Below, one piece after another: positions 23,750-36,689 of a DNA stretch of 64,000 nucleotides (positions are counted from its first letter, which is position 1; each line of letters starts with the position of its first letter). The stretch is from contig NC_086097.1 in the NCBI RefSeq assembly GCF_963921235.1, positions 217,064,001 through 217,128,000 on the forward strand, given 5' to 3'. The notes under the pieces were generated by a model, which was given only the letters and a program-made list of their open reading frames with translations, did no database searches and was not told where the DNA came from. A program made the translations under genes and the position numbers. The stretch is from Mobula hypostoma. Its lineage: Eukaryota.

Positions 23750-26745
23750 AAGACCATAATATATCGGAGCAGTGTTAGGCCATTTGGCCCATCGAGTCTG
23801 CTCCACCATTTGATCATGACTGATCCAATTTTCCTCTCAACCCCAATCTCCTGCCTTCTCCCCATATCTCTTCCTTCCCTGACTAATCAAGAATCTCTCA
23901 ACCTCTGCTTTAAATATCCATAAAGACTTGGCCTCCACGACTGCCTGTGGCAAGGAATTCCACAGATTCGCCACTCTGGAAAAAAGAAATCCCTCCTCAT
24001 CTCCGTTGGAAAAGGACATCCATAGATTCTGAGGCTGTGCTCTGGTCTTAGACTCTCCCACCATAGGAAACATCCTCAAGGCCTTTTAACATTAGATAAG
24101 TTTCAATGAGGTCACCCCTCATTCTTCTGAATTCTAGTGAATACAGGCCCAGATCCATCAAACACTTTTCATATGACAAGCCATTTGATTCTGGAATCAT
24201 TTTAGTGAATCTCCTTTAAATCATCTCTAGTTTCAGCATATCATTTCAAAAATAAGGGCTCAAAGCTGCTCACAATACTCCAAGTGAGGGCTCACCAGTG
24301 CTTTAGAAACTCATATTATATCCTTGCTTTTATATTCTAGACCTCTTGAAATGAATGCTAACATTGCATTGGCCTTCCTCACCACAGCCTCAACCTGCAA
24401 CTGAACCTTTAGGGAATCCTGCACAAGGACTCCCAAGCTCCTTTGCACCTCAGGTTTTTGTATTTTCTCTCCATTTAGAAAAATAGTCAACACTTTAATT
24501 TCTTCTACCAAAGTGCATGACCATACACTTCCCGACACTGTATTCCATCTGCCACTTCTTTGCCCATTCTCCTAATCTGTCTGCTCTTCTTTGGTTATCT
24601 ACTTCCTCAAAACTACCTGCCCCTCCACCTATCTTCATATCATCTGCAAACTTTTCAACAAAGTCATCAATTCCATCATCCAAATCATTGACATATAATG
24701 TAAGAATAATTGGTCCCAACACAGACTCCTGTGGAACACCACTAGCCACTGGCAGCCAGTTAGGAAAGGCTCCCTATATTCCCACCCTTTGCTTCCTGCT
24801 AATCAGCCACGGTTTTATCCATGCTAGAGGCCTCAAATGTGGCACCTTGTCAAAGACCTTCTGACAATCCAAGTACACAACATCAAGTGATTCTCCTTTC
24901 TCTATCCTGCTTGTTATTTCTTCAAAGAATTCCAACAGATTTGTCAGGCAAGATTTTCCCTTGCAGAAACCATGCTGACTGCAGCTTATTTTATCATGTG
25001 CCTCCAGGTACCCTGAGATTGCATCCTTAATAATCGACTCCAACATCTTCCCAACCACAGAGGTCAGACTAACTGACCTATAATTTCCTTTCTTCTGCCT
25101 CTCTCCCTTCTTGAAAAGTGCAGTGACAATTGTAATTTTTGCAGTCTCCTGGAACCATTCCAGAATCTAATGATTCTTGAAAGATCATTACTAATGCCTC
25201 CACGATCTCTTCAGCCACCTCTTTCAGAACACTGGTGTGTACACCATCTGGTCCAGGTGATTTATCTACATTCAGACCTTTCAGTTTCCCAAGAACCTTC
25301 TCTCTGTTTATGATATCTTCACACATTTCATGCCCCTGACACATAGAATTTCCACCCTACCGCTAATATAGTGAAGACTGATGCAAAATAATTAATCAGT
25401 TCATCCGCCATTTTGTTGTTTCCCCTTTACTACCTCTCCAGCATAATTTTCTAGAGGTCCAATATCCACACTCGCCTCTCGTTTACACTTTATGTATCTG
25501 AAGAAATGTTTGGTATCCTCTTTAGTACTATTGTCTAGCTTACTTCTGTATTCCATCTTTACATTCTCTATGACTTTTTATTTGCCCTCTGATGGTTTTT
25601 AAAAGCTTCCCAAACTTCAAACTTCCCACTAACTTCTGCTCTATTATATCCCCCCCTTTTATGTTCGCTTTAACTTCTATTGTTGGCCACGTTTGTGTCA
25701 TCTTTCCTTTATAATACTTCTTCCTCTTTGAGATGTATATATCCTGTGCCTTCTGAATTGCTTCCAGAAATTCCAGCCATTGCTGCTCTGTTGTCGTCCC
25801 TGCCAGTGTTATTTTCCAATCAATTCTGGCCAACCACTGTAATATTGATACATCTGCATTTAGCTTCCCCTTCGCAAATTTCATGGTGATTTCGGTCATC
25901 TTATGATCACTTCCGCAAAGGATTCTTTTACCTTAAGCTCTCTAATCAATTCTGCTTCATTTACAACACCCATTCCAGAATAGTTGATCGCCGTGTGGGC
26001 TCAACCACGAGATGCTCTAAAAAGCCATCTTGTGGGCACTATAGAAATTCTCCCTCCTGGAATCCAGCATCGACATGATTTTCCCAATCTACCTGCATAT
26101 TGAAGTCCCCCATGACTTGTAAAATTGCCCTTTTGGCATGCATTTTTATTTCCCGTTGTAATTTGTAGGCCACATCCTTACTACCGTTTGGAGGTCTGTA
26201 TACAATTCCCATCTGGGTCTTTTTTACCCTTGCAGTTCCTTAGCTCTATCCATAATGCTTCAACACCTTCTGACACTATGTGATCTTTCTAATGATTTAA
26301 TTTCATTCTTTACCAACAGAGCCACGCCACCCCCTCTGACTGGCGATACATCGTGTATCCGTGGGCATTAAGCTCGCCACTATAATCTTATTTAAGCCAC
26401 GATTCAATGACGCTACACATCATACCTGCCGATTTGCAACTGTGCTACAAGTTCATCAACCTATTCTGTACACTGCGCGCATTCAAATTCAACACCTTCA
26501 GTCCTGTATTCACCCTTTTCGATTTTGTCCGCCTTTTACGTTGCAGCTCATGCTATTGATTACAATTTTGCCCTATCAACAGCCTCTCCTCACAACACAT
26601 TGCCTCTGTAAACCAGTTACTTAATCTTCAGCATTATCATCTATCTGCTTTCCTACGATACTTCTTGCATTGAAATATACGCAGTTCAGGACAGTAGTCG
26701 CACCATGCTCAACCATTTGATTCCCAACTTTGTCTGAGGTCTGCC
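23750..26745 (-). mobile_element. Old CR1 LINE occupying most of the predicted intron of the CRH-like gene
   Basis: Endonuclease and RT remnants (KSPGPDG, QHGFCKGKSCLTNL, GVPQESVLGP, KFADD); CR1 3' UTR at 23750-23870. Confidence 0.93.
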
Positions 26746-26945
26746 TCCTTTAACTCTCCATAAAGGGAAAGCACTTCGGTGCATCAAGTTCGAGAGAAAA
26801 TAAAATGAAATAGGCATTTCAGTTTTCATTACCCAGAGGTAGTGCCACTAATCAACATTTGGATTTTTCATAACCTTTCGTCATCATATTAGTTCTAATG
26901 ACTGCTCGGTTCTGTCTGAGGTTAAAAGAGCGCTCTCGCGTGCGT

Positions 26946-26948
<3 letters not shown>

Positions 26949-26992
<44 letters not shown>
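26949..26992. repeat. (CA)n microsatellite
   Basis: Seen directly. Confidence 0.95.
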
Positions 26993-26995
<3 letters not shown>

Positions 26996-27444
26996 TTGTT
27001 TGCATTTATATCCAAAACCCGGTGATTTTCACGAATTAGTTCAATCTGTTAAACCTCACAAAACAAAATCTATATGTCTCCCCAAGTACACGACTATCTG
27101 CAGCTCAGCGCTTACTCGAAGTTCAGCGGGATTCAGGCTTGGTAAAACAAAACGTCGCAAGATATAGAATTAAATCAAAATACTCCGGATATTCGAAATC
27201 GGAAACAAAATAGAAGCTGCCCTGAACTTGAGAGAATTTAGAGAAGTCATCAATCAAGTTATCTAAATAGTGCTTCAGATAAAATGCACTTTAAGAGTTG
27301 TTCTCTGATCCATTATGTACGGTAATAGAATTATAATATTAAAACAGTGTAAGATTCACAATCGCGAACAATTTCGAAATACCTTCGAAGATCAGTAGCA
27401 ACATATAAGAACGGAACGAAGTGAATGGATAAGTAATAAAATAC

Positions 27445-27530
27445 CTAACAGGATCGAGCAGACCCGAACTGCTCTGCAGTCCAGATACTAATGACCTCCA
27501 GATGAGATTGCAAGGTGGTAAGAAGTTACT
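27445..27530 (-). other. Predicted non-coding exon 1 of the CRH-like gene (intron 27444-23621)
   Basis: Donor TGTTAG|GTATTT at 27445/27444, about 110 nt downstream of a TATA box. CRH genes have a non-coding exon 1 with the whole CDS in exon 2. TSS estimated. Confidence 0.6.
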
Positions 27531-27720
27531 TGGGGTATAGTCTGGCTGTTCCTCTTTTATATCTTCATCAGCTCTTCATGCATCACGACTGCATCCTGGC
27601 TGGTGACGCAAAAATGATCAGAGCATTTATGAATGAAAATCGTGGGGGAGGAGACAGAGGGTTGATCAACACTAACACACTCACACACGCATTCATGACG
27701 GACGCAAAGGAACCACACTT
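27531..27720 (-). promoter_or_regulatory. Core promoter of the CRH-like gene
   Basis: TATAAAA at 27561-27555; TGACGCAA CRE-like site at 27604-27611; TGACG half-site at 27696-27700; CpG-retaining unique sequence. Confidence 0.65.
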
Positions 27721-27892
27721 CAGGCAGAGGCTGGTTGGGTTTCCGACAGCGAGCGGCTTCACTTCGCTCGCAAGAAGTGGACCCAGCTTCTGTTCAGTCA
27801 GTTGTTTCCCTGCCGCATCGGAAAGCGCCAGCGCGAACCTAAACTTAACTGGCAGATTCGTAGCGAATAAACAGGATAGGATCATGCACCTA

Positions 27893-30660
27893 CTCTACTA
27901 GGTACACCCGTACACCTGCTCGTTTATGCAAATATCTAATCAACCTATCGTGTAAGACTATAAGACCACAAGGCGCTGAATTAGGCCATTCGGCCCATTG
28001 AGTCGGCTCCGCTATTTCGTCATTTTCCCTCTGTAACCAGTCTCTTTTCTTTCCCCTGCCTCTGTAACCTTTCACGCCCCGATTAATCAAAACCCACCAA
28101 CCAACAGGGGCTTTAAATACACCCAATGACAACGCCTCCACAGCCGCCTGAAGCAACCATTAGTTTGAACACCACTAGTCACCTGCAGCCAGCCAGGAAA
28201 CGCTCCTTTTATTCCCTCTCTTTGCCTTCTGCCATCAGCTAATCCTCTATCCATGCTAGTATTTTTCCTGTAATACCATTGGCTTTTATCATGTTAAACA
28301 GACTCATGTGTGGCACTTTGTCGAAGGAGTTCTGAAAATCCAAGCACCCAACATCCACCCATCCTGCTTGTTGTTTCCTCAATGAATTCCAACAGATTTG
28401 TCAAGCAAGATTTTCCCTTAAAGAAACAATGCGGACTTTGGCCTGTTTTATCATGTGCCTCCAAGTACCCTGAGACATCATCCATAACAATCAACAACAT
28501 TTCCCCAGCCACTTAGGTCTGGCTAACTAGTCTATGACTTCCTTTCTTCTGACTCCCTCACTTCTTGAAGAGTGGAGTGACATTTGCAATTTTCCAGTCC
28601 TCTGGAATCATGCAGTAATCTAGTGATTCTTGAAAAATCATTACTAATGATGCCACAATTTTCTTCAAACTCCTGTTCCAGAACCCTGGGGTATAGTTCA
28701 TCTGGTCCAGGTGACCTATCTATCTTCAGACCTTTCAGCTTCCCAACATCTTCTCCCTAGTAATAGCAACTGCACTCAATTCTGCCCCCTAGCATTCTTG
28801 AACTTCCAGCTTATTGTTACTGTATTCCACAGTGAAGACTGATGTTCATCCTTGTCCCCCATTACTACCTCAATTTCCGATGGTCCTGTTCTCACCTCTC
28901 TTTTAATCTTCATGTGCAGTACGTTTATATATTTTGGTATCCTCTTTGATATTATTGGCCTTAACCTCATATTTAACTTTTTCCCTCCTAATGGCTTTTC
29001 AGTTGTCTTTTGGTGTGTTTTTTTAAAACTTCCCAATCCTCTAACTTCCTACTATTTTTTGCTCTATTATGTGTCCTCTCTTTTGCTTTTATGTTGTCCT
29101 TGACTTCTCTTGTCAGTCATGGTTGCATTATCCTGCCTTTAGAAAACTTCTTCATCTTCAGGATGTATCTATCCTGTGCATTGCTCCCAGAATCTCCAGC
29201 CAATGCTATTCTGCAGTCAACTATGCTAGTGTCCCCTTCCAATCAATTTTCACCCATTCATTTCACATGCCTCTATAAGTCCCTTTACTCCATTGTAATA
29301 CTGATACATTTGACATGATCTTTCAATTTGCAGAGTAAATTCTAACTTATTATGATAACTGCCTCCTAAAGGTTCCTTTACCTTAAGCTACCTAATCAAA
29401 TCCAGTCCATTACACAACACCCAGTCCAGAATAGCCTTTGCCCTAGTGGGCTCAACCACAAGCTGCTCTAAAAAGCCATCTCATAGGCATTCTACAAATC
29501 CTCTCTCTTAGGATCCAGCAACATCCTGATTTTTCCAATCTACTTGCAATTTGAAATCCCCCGTGGCTGTTATAACATTGCCCTTTTCACATGCCTTTTC
29601 TATCTCTCATTGTAATGTGTAGCCCACATCCTGGCTACTGTTCAGAAGCCTGTATATAACTCCCGTCAGGGTCTTTTTACCCTTACAGTTTCTTAACTCT
29701 ACCCATAAAAATTCTACATTTTCTGATCCTATGTCCTCCCTTTCTAAGGATTTTATTTCATATTTTTTACCAACAGAGCCATGCCATACTCTCTGTCAAC
29801 CTGCCTGTCCTTTCAATGCAATGTATATTTTAGGATGTTAAGCTCCCAACTATAATCTTATTTCAGCCACAACTCAGTGAAGCCCACAACATCATACCTG
29901 CCAATCTCTTACTGTGCTACATCATCTGCTTTATTCCAAATAATGCATGCATTCAAATATAACACCGTCAGTCCTGTATTCGTTACTGTTTTTGATTTTG
30001 TCCCCATGTTACACTGCAACTCATCCCACTGACCGCAATTTTGCTCTATTCCTGCCTCACAGATTCACCACACACTGCAACTGATTGTATACCAACTGCC
30101 CCATCCTCAGCTCTATCACTCTGGTTCCCATCCCCCTGTGAAATGAGTTTAATTTCCCCCCCCCCACCCAATAACTCTAGCAAACCTGCCTGCAAGGATA
30201 TTGGTACAAGGATATTTAGCAGACACTCAATGCCTAAAGGCATGCAGACATGCTCAAAAGGTTCTGTTGTTGTTCAGACCAAACATTAGAATGGGGAGGA
30301 AATGTGATATAAATAAATTTGACCATGGAATGATTGTTGGTGCCAGATGGGGTGGTTTGACTATCTCAGAAAGTGCTGATTACCTGGGATTTTCATACAC
30401 AACGGTGCCTAGGGTTTACAGAGAATGGTGCGGTAAACACCCAACGAGCAGTAGTTCTATGGGCAAAGATGCCTTGTTAATGAGAAGGGTCAGAGGAGAA
30501 TGGTCAGTCTGTTTCAAGTCATAGGAAGGCTGAACATAGGAAGTAACTGAAATAACTATGCTTCAGTTACAAAAGTGATGTGCAGAACAGCATCTCTGAA
30601 CACACAGCACATCAAACCTTGAAGAGGATGGGTTACAGCAACAGAAAACTGCAAACATAT
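27893..30660 (+). mobile_element. Non-autonomous Tc1 derivative (27893-27951 plus 30217-30660) split by a CR1
   Basis: Same family as 1052-3512; ORF MGRKCDINKFDHGMIVGARWGGLTISESA. Confidence 0.75.
27952..30205 (-). mobile_element. Old CR1 LINE with internal deletions
   Basis: GYLEAHDK...KGKSCLTNLLEF; collinear with the intronic CR1. Confidence 0.88.
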
Positions 30661-31789
30661 GCTCCATGACTGGACTGAATGTCTTTCATTTAACTTAACT
30701 TAGGGATGTTAATTAAATAATTAAAATTGGACCCATATTTATTGAAAATAGAAGTAAGAAAATAGAGTTGAGGGAATTGAGATTTGATCCAAGTCAGGGT
30801 GAACCATGTTCCTTAGGAGTGCATTTTAGCAAAGTTTTTTTTAGTTCTAGCTGGCCATGAAACTGAACTGGAAGTGGATGACTTTGGACTGGAAATGCAT
30901 AGAGTCTGGAATTGCATGGATATGGGAAGAACTTGGGTTGGAGTTGCCTGGAACCTGGAAGAAAATGGAAAGTCTATGTGAAGTGGGGGAGAGATTTGAC
31001 TCAAATTGTGAGGGGCCTGGGTTCTTCCCCATCTCAGCACCATGGGTGTAAACATGAGCATGTGCAGTGTCCACCTTCCTGAAGGTCCAGGAACACGGTG
31101 CAGCGCCCAAGTTCATCATGTCTCTTCTAACTAAGTGCTTAGCATACAATTTGTATACTTGTTATCAGGCCTGATTTATTTTAAACTTCCTAGCATCCAT
31201 AGTATTTAGCTTCTGAATTTAAATATAGATCTTATTATCACACTTCTGAAGCCTGAGACATTCTTTACAATTAGTACTTAATAAATGAGAGCAACGTTAT
31301 GTTGAATTTATATTTGTTCCTGTTATGTGATCCATTGCTACAACCCAAGCACAAATGTAACATGAAGTTGCAATCTGCGTCTTTTTATTTTTCATATTTT
31401 AAGGCTCTTTTTTTTGCAGGAATGGTAAAAGGGAGATAATGTCCTAATGGTCTCTTGAGATGGCATGCAACAGACATACTAATCTTGCCTTAGAACTAAA
31501 ACCATGAACGTAACTACTGTGTTTTGAACATCAGCAAAGTTTTTGATCTTCAGAAAACTGAGTGAGACTGAAATGGTTAAATGGTCCTGGTTTCACTAGT
31601 CAGAGATGGTCCCACAAAAGGTTACATTGAAGATTTCTCCAAAACTAATTTTAAGCTCAACTGGCTCAAAATTACAATCACTTCGGTCAAGTATGGATTG
31701 AAAGTGTAATTTCACATCTGGAGACGTAGAATTACTTTCAGTTAACTTTAAGAAAGGAATGTTCATGATTATCATTGAGGACATCTTCA

Positions 31790-32950
31790 TGATGGGGAGC
31801 TACAAGGAGCCGGCATCCATCATGAAGGACCGTCACATTCCAGGACATGTCTGTTCTCGTTACTACCACCAGGGAAGAAGTACAGGATCCTGAAGACCCA
31901 CACTCAATGATTCAGAAACAGCTTCTTTCCCTCCACCATTAGATTTCTGAGCACTCCATGAACCCATGAATATAACTTGCTATTCCTTTTTTTGTACTTT
32001 GGTAAAAGGAATAAAGGCACAGATTATTATCGAAATGGGAAGAAAATTCAAAAATCTGAGGTGCAAAGGGATGTCGGATTCCTCATGCAGGATTCTCTAA
32101 AGATTAATCTACTGGTTGAGTCAGTGGTGAGGAAGGCAAATGCAATACCAGTATTCATTTTGAGAGGTCTAAAATATAAAAGCAAGAATGTAATGCTGAG
32201 GCTTTATAAGGTACGGGTGAGGCCTCACTTGGAGTATTGTGAGCAGTTCTGGTCTCCTTAGTTAAGAAAGGATGTCCCAACATTGGAGATGGTTCAGATG
32301 AGGTTCATGAGAATGATTCTGGCAATGAAAGGCTTATCGTCTGAGGAATGATTGATGGCCCTGGGCCTTTGCTTGCTGGAATTTAGAAAAATGAGGGGGT
32401 ACCTCATTGAAACCTATCAAAAACCAATTGAAATGCCTAAACAGAGTGGACGTAGAAAGGATGTTTCCTGTGGTAGAGGAGTCTAACACACGAGGACACA
32501 GTCTCAGAATAGAAGGACATCCATTTAGAATGGAGAAGAGGAAGAATTTCTTTAGCCAGAGGTGGTGAACTTCTGGTCTTCATTGCCATAGGCGGTTTTG
32601 GAGGCCAGGGCATTGGATGTATGTAAGGTGAAGGTCGATAGGTTCTTGATTATTTATCAGAGGGTAAAAGATTATGGGGAGAAGGCAGGGGAATGAGATT
32701 GAGAGGGAAATGGATCAGCCATGATGAAATGGTGCAACAGACTCAATGGGCCAAATGACCTTATTCTGCTCCTATATCTTATCGTCTTATCGTCTTATGG
32801 TTGTCTGTCTGTCCTGATGGATGCGGTCTTTCATTGATTCTGTTGTTTTTCTTGGATTTACTCTGTACGCCTACAAGAAAATTAATCTCAGGGTTGTATA
32901 TGGTCACATATATGTACTTTGATAATAAATTTATTTAGAACTTTGAATTA
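31790..32950 (+). mobile_element. Rex-type 3' fragment (31790-31985; tail 32800-32950) containing a CR1 3' fragment (~31990-32800)
   Basis: VRKANA...LYKVRVRPHLEYCEQFWSP; CR1 tail TCTTATCG; Rex-type tail GATAATAAA...CTTTGAA. Confidence 0.8.
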
Positions 32951-33061
32951 AAGATCTGTATTCCCAGATCCCTCCGTTCTACTACACTCCCCAGTGCCTT
33001 ACCATTCACTGCATAAGTCCTACCCTGTTTTGTCCTCCCAAAGTGCAACATCTCACACTTG

Positions 33062-35031
33062 TGTTGCAAATGTCCATCTTACCTGCTCATCAAAAGCCAC
33101 TCCCCCGTGCAAGCTGGGGAATTCGCCCGTTTAAGGAGAATTGCTGCTTTCCCACTGGCTACCCTTTGGCACCTGCACTGGCTGATGCTGCCACAGTGCA
33201 GGTAGGGTATAAATCTAGCACACTGAAAGCACGTGGTCTCTTTCGCTCTCTGGGTGACCATGGGCCAGGTCACAGACGGTACCATGGAAACAGTGGAAGA
33301 GTGCTGTAGTAAAAAGGGCCCAGGAGCACACTTTAGTTAGAGTGTAACTTGAATGGTTTACCGAATGTCTGTCTTGTCTAGTAAATAAGTGACTAACTTA
33401 CTTACCGGTAGCAAGTGTCTTCGGTCCCCTCTCCCTGAACCCACAGATCTGACCACACTACAACTGGCGCCCTTGTTCATTCCACAACTTCAATGGCAAG
33501 GCAGACCAACAGAGAGAAGAAATTACTCAGTGTCTGAGGGAAGCCACACCAGCCTGAATGGGGAGTGAACACAAATGAGCTGGGCCCTTTCAGTGGTTGG
33601 GCCAGTGACTGAAAAGACAGTCCAGGGAGAAGGTGCCATAGAGCCCACCCCATACACTCCTGTAGAGACTGAGAAACTGTTTGTCAGATCATTTTGATAA
33701 TCTTCTGTCATTGCATGGAATGTGAACTGTTGCTTGTGAACTTGAAACAGTTACCTTGCCGTGATCCGGCCCATGGAATAACTGCTGACAGCCAGTACTG
33801 ATAGTTTTAGTCATCAAAGGTTGAAGGGGCAAACTTAAGGATGGGATCAAAGTGTAATGGGCCAGTGGCAAAGAGGCAACAAAGAAACAAATGGCAAAGC
33901 TGCAGCTTAAAGAATGGGTGAAATCAAGGAGCCTAATGTGTCCCGGAAGAGTATGTGATCTAATGTCTGGAATGCTTCATTGCCATCTCTGCTCAATCTC
34001 AGAAGATAGCGAATTAGGCCTGATAGATATTGTAGATGTAGGTACACACAGGACCATGATAGGGAAGGGATCCAAAGAGAAGGGCATTTTTGCAGCCCGG
34101 CTTAATGAGATCCTCCCCAAAATTTGACCTTCCTGGGACAGATCTCTGTCCAAGGGCCAAGAGGAGGGTATGTTAGGCAGTATTGTGGAGCAATGTGAAT
34201 ATAGCGGATATTAATTCAGCATGAAGCAGGCTTCCAATCTTAATATGGATTGCAAATTCTTCAAAATTGGGATTGTGACTTTTTATATAGATTGTCATTT
34301 TTAATATGGACAGTAGCATAGCAGTTAGCGCAACACCATTACTGCTCGAAGCGTTCTGGAATTCAGAGTTCAAATCCGACACCACTCTGTAAGGAGTCTC
34401 TCTACATCCTCCCCCTGGAATGCATGAGTTTTCCCCGGGTGCTCCGGTTTCCTCCGACAGTCCAAAGAAATACCGAGCAGGTTAATTGGTCATTTTAAAT
34501 TGCCCAATGACTAGGTTAAGGTTATTCGGGGTAGTGGGGTTGCTAGCATGAGGTGGCTCAACCAGAAGGATCCACTCCATGCTGTATCGCTAAATAAGTT
34601 ACAAGTGGTAAATTGAAGTTAAAGGCACACCCTTGCAACACGAGACATTCACATATGCCTCAGCCAAATACTAAGACATTCCTTGTGCTAACTATGGATT
34701 GGCCCATTTAAGGAGCATTACACCCCTCCTATTGGTTGCCATTTGGTACCTGCACTGGCTGAATAATGTCACAGCACAGGTAGAGTGTAAATCTAGCATA
34801 CAGAGAGCAGCGGGTCTCTTTTGCTCTCTGGATCGACATGGGCAAGGTTGCTGATGGTGCCTTGGAAACAGTGGAGGTGTGCTGCAGTAAAGAGGGCCCG
34901 GGTGCACACTTTATTTGTAACTGAATGTTTGGTGTCTGTCTTGTCCTGTAAATAAGTGGGTAACATACTTACCAGTGGTGATTGCCTTCTGTCCCCTCTC
35001 ACCGAACATACAAACCTGATTTTGCACAACA
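33062..35031 (+). mobile_element. Small non-autonomous LTR retroelement inserted in a CR1 fragment
   Basis: TGTTG...CAACA termini; ACTTG TSD (33057-33061, 35032-35036); 5' LTR 33062-33462; PBS-like TGGCGCCC at 33465; PPT AAGAGGAGGG at 34159-34168; 3' LTR 34171-35031. Confidence 0.85.
34306..34597 (+). mobile_element. HE1/V-SINE-like SINE inside the 3' LTR
   Basis: GGGTGCTCCGGTTTCCTCCGACAGTCCAAAGA core. Confidence 0.75.
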
Positions 35032-36064
35032 ACTTGCTGCTTCAAATTTCATCTGCCATTTTTGCAGCTGGTCCAGATCGTGCTGCAAGCTTTGATAGCC
35101 TTCCTCGCTGTCCATGATGTTACCTGCAATTTGTTAAACCAGTTTACCTCATTATCATCTAGATCAATGATCTAGATGACAAACAACAATGGACCCAGCA
35201 CTGATCCCTGCAGCACACCACTAGTCACAGGCCTCCAGACAGAGGGGCAATTTTCTACTACCACTCTCAGAGTTTATCACTAGGAGCACATTAGTTGCAG
35301 GTCATAGCCTCAGTTCAGCGTAGAGACAAATAAACCTCACCTAGCAGTGAGCTGAACACCAAACTGTCACTCACCTCCAGCCCCGACACCTTGACCTTTT
35401 AAATCTGGTCCGGTGCTTAAATCGGCCAAACATCGGCTCGTTTCTTGCTCTCAGGCCCGAGCCTCACCACCTCGATTTGACCCTTACCTAGCCTTTCCAA
35501 TCTGGCCCAGTGCTTAAATCAGTTAATCCCCTCGACTCTGCCTTGCCTCAGATCTGCCACTTCGAATCAGAATCAGGTTTATTATCACCGGCATGTGACG
35601 TGAAATTTGTTAACTTAGCAGCAGCAGTTCAATGCAATACATAATCTAGCAGAGAGAGAAAAAATAAAGATAATGAATAAAATAAAGCATAATAATAAAT
35701 AAACAAATAAATCAATTACGAATATTGAATAGATTTTTTAAAATATGCAAAAAACAGAAATACTGTATATTAAAAAAAGTGAGGTAGCATCCAAAGCTCC
35801 ATCCTCTCCAGCAATGGCCAAACATTGGCTCATTCCTCACTCTCAGAACAGGGTCTTGCCTCCTCAAATCGACCTGTACACACCATTCAACAACTGTCCT
35901 GCCCCTTTGAGACTTCAGTTCACATCACAAAAATGTCAGGTTGAACAGCCTGTTCAGAAGCTGAACTCCGAAAGAGAAATTACAGGCTATTGACTGCGGT
36001 GATCATTGTCCAGAAAAGTGTGATTAATAGAGTAGTTAGTAGGTTTATTTGTTGTTGGTTTTTT

Positions 36065-36605
36065 TAAGATTCAACTTTATTGTCATTGTGCCGAGTACAG
36101 TTACAAAGCCAATGAAATGCACTTAGCATCTGACCAGAAATGCAAAGAATAGTGTTATTTACAAAATAACCGCGAATAAAAAAGTGCTACAGCACACAAA
36201 TATAAAAGTACTGAGACAGTACAATACGGATGCAATACTGCTTAGCGCTGTGATGTGAGGCTCAGCAGGGTCACAGCCTCAGGGAAGAAGCTCTTCCTGT
36301 GCCTGCTGGTGCAGGAGCGAAGGCTCCTGTAGCGCCTTCTGGATGGGAGGAGAGTAAAAAGTCCATGCTTAGGGTGAGATGCACCCCTGATAATGCTTTT
36401 CGCCCTGCCCAGGCAGCATTTATAGTAAATGTTCTCAATGGTGGGCAATTGGGTGCTGATAATCTGCTGGGCAGTTTTCACCACACGCTGGAGTGCTTTG
36501 CGGTCCGAAACAGGACAATTGACATACCACACTGAGATGCAGTTGGTGAGTATACTCCCAATGGAACAGCGGTAAAAGTCTGTCAGTATTCTGGGGCAGA
36601 GGTGA
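36065..36605 (-). mobile_element. Rex1/Babar-type LINE 3' end
   Basis: ORF 36242-36613 (FYRCSIGSILTNCISVWY...LFTLLPSRRRYRS). Confidence 0.88.
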
Positions 36606-36689
36606 TCCTTCATACTGTTGCCAGTAAGGCATCACTGTGTTTCACCAGTGCCATCTTAGACGAGAACAAGAATCTTAAGCTAAAACCTA

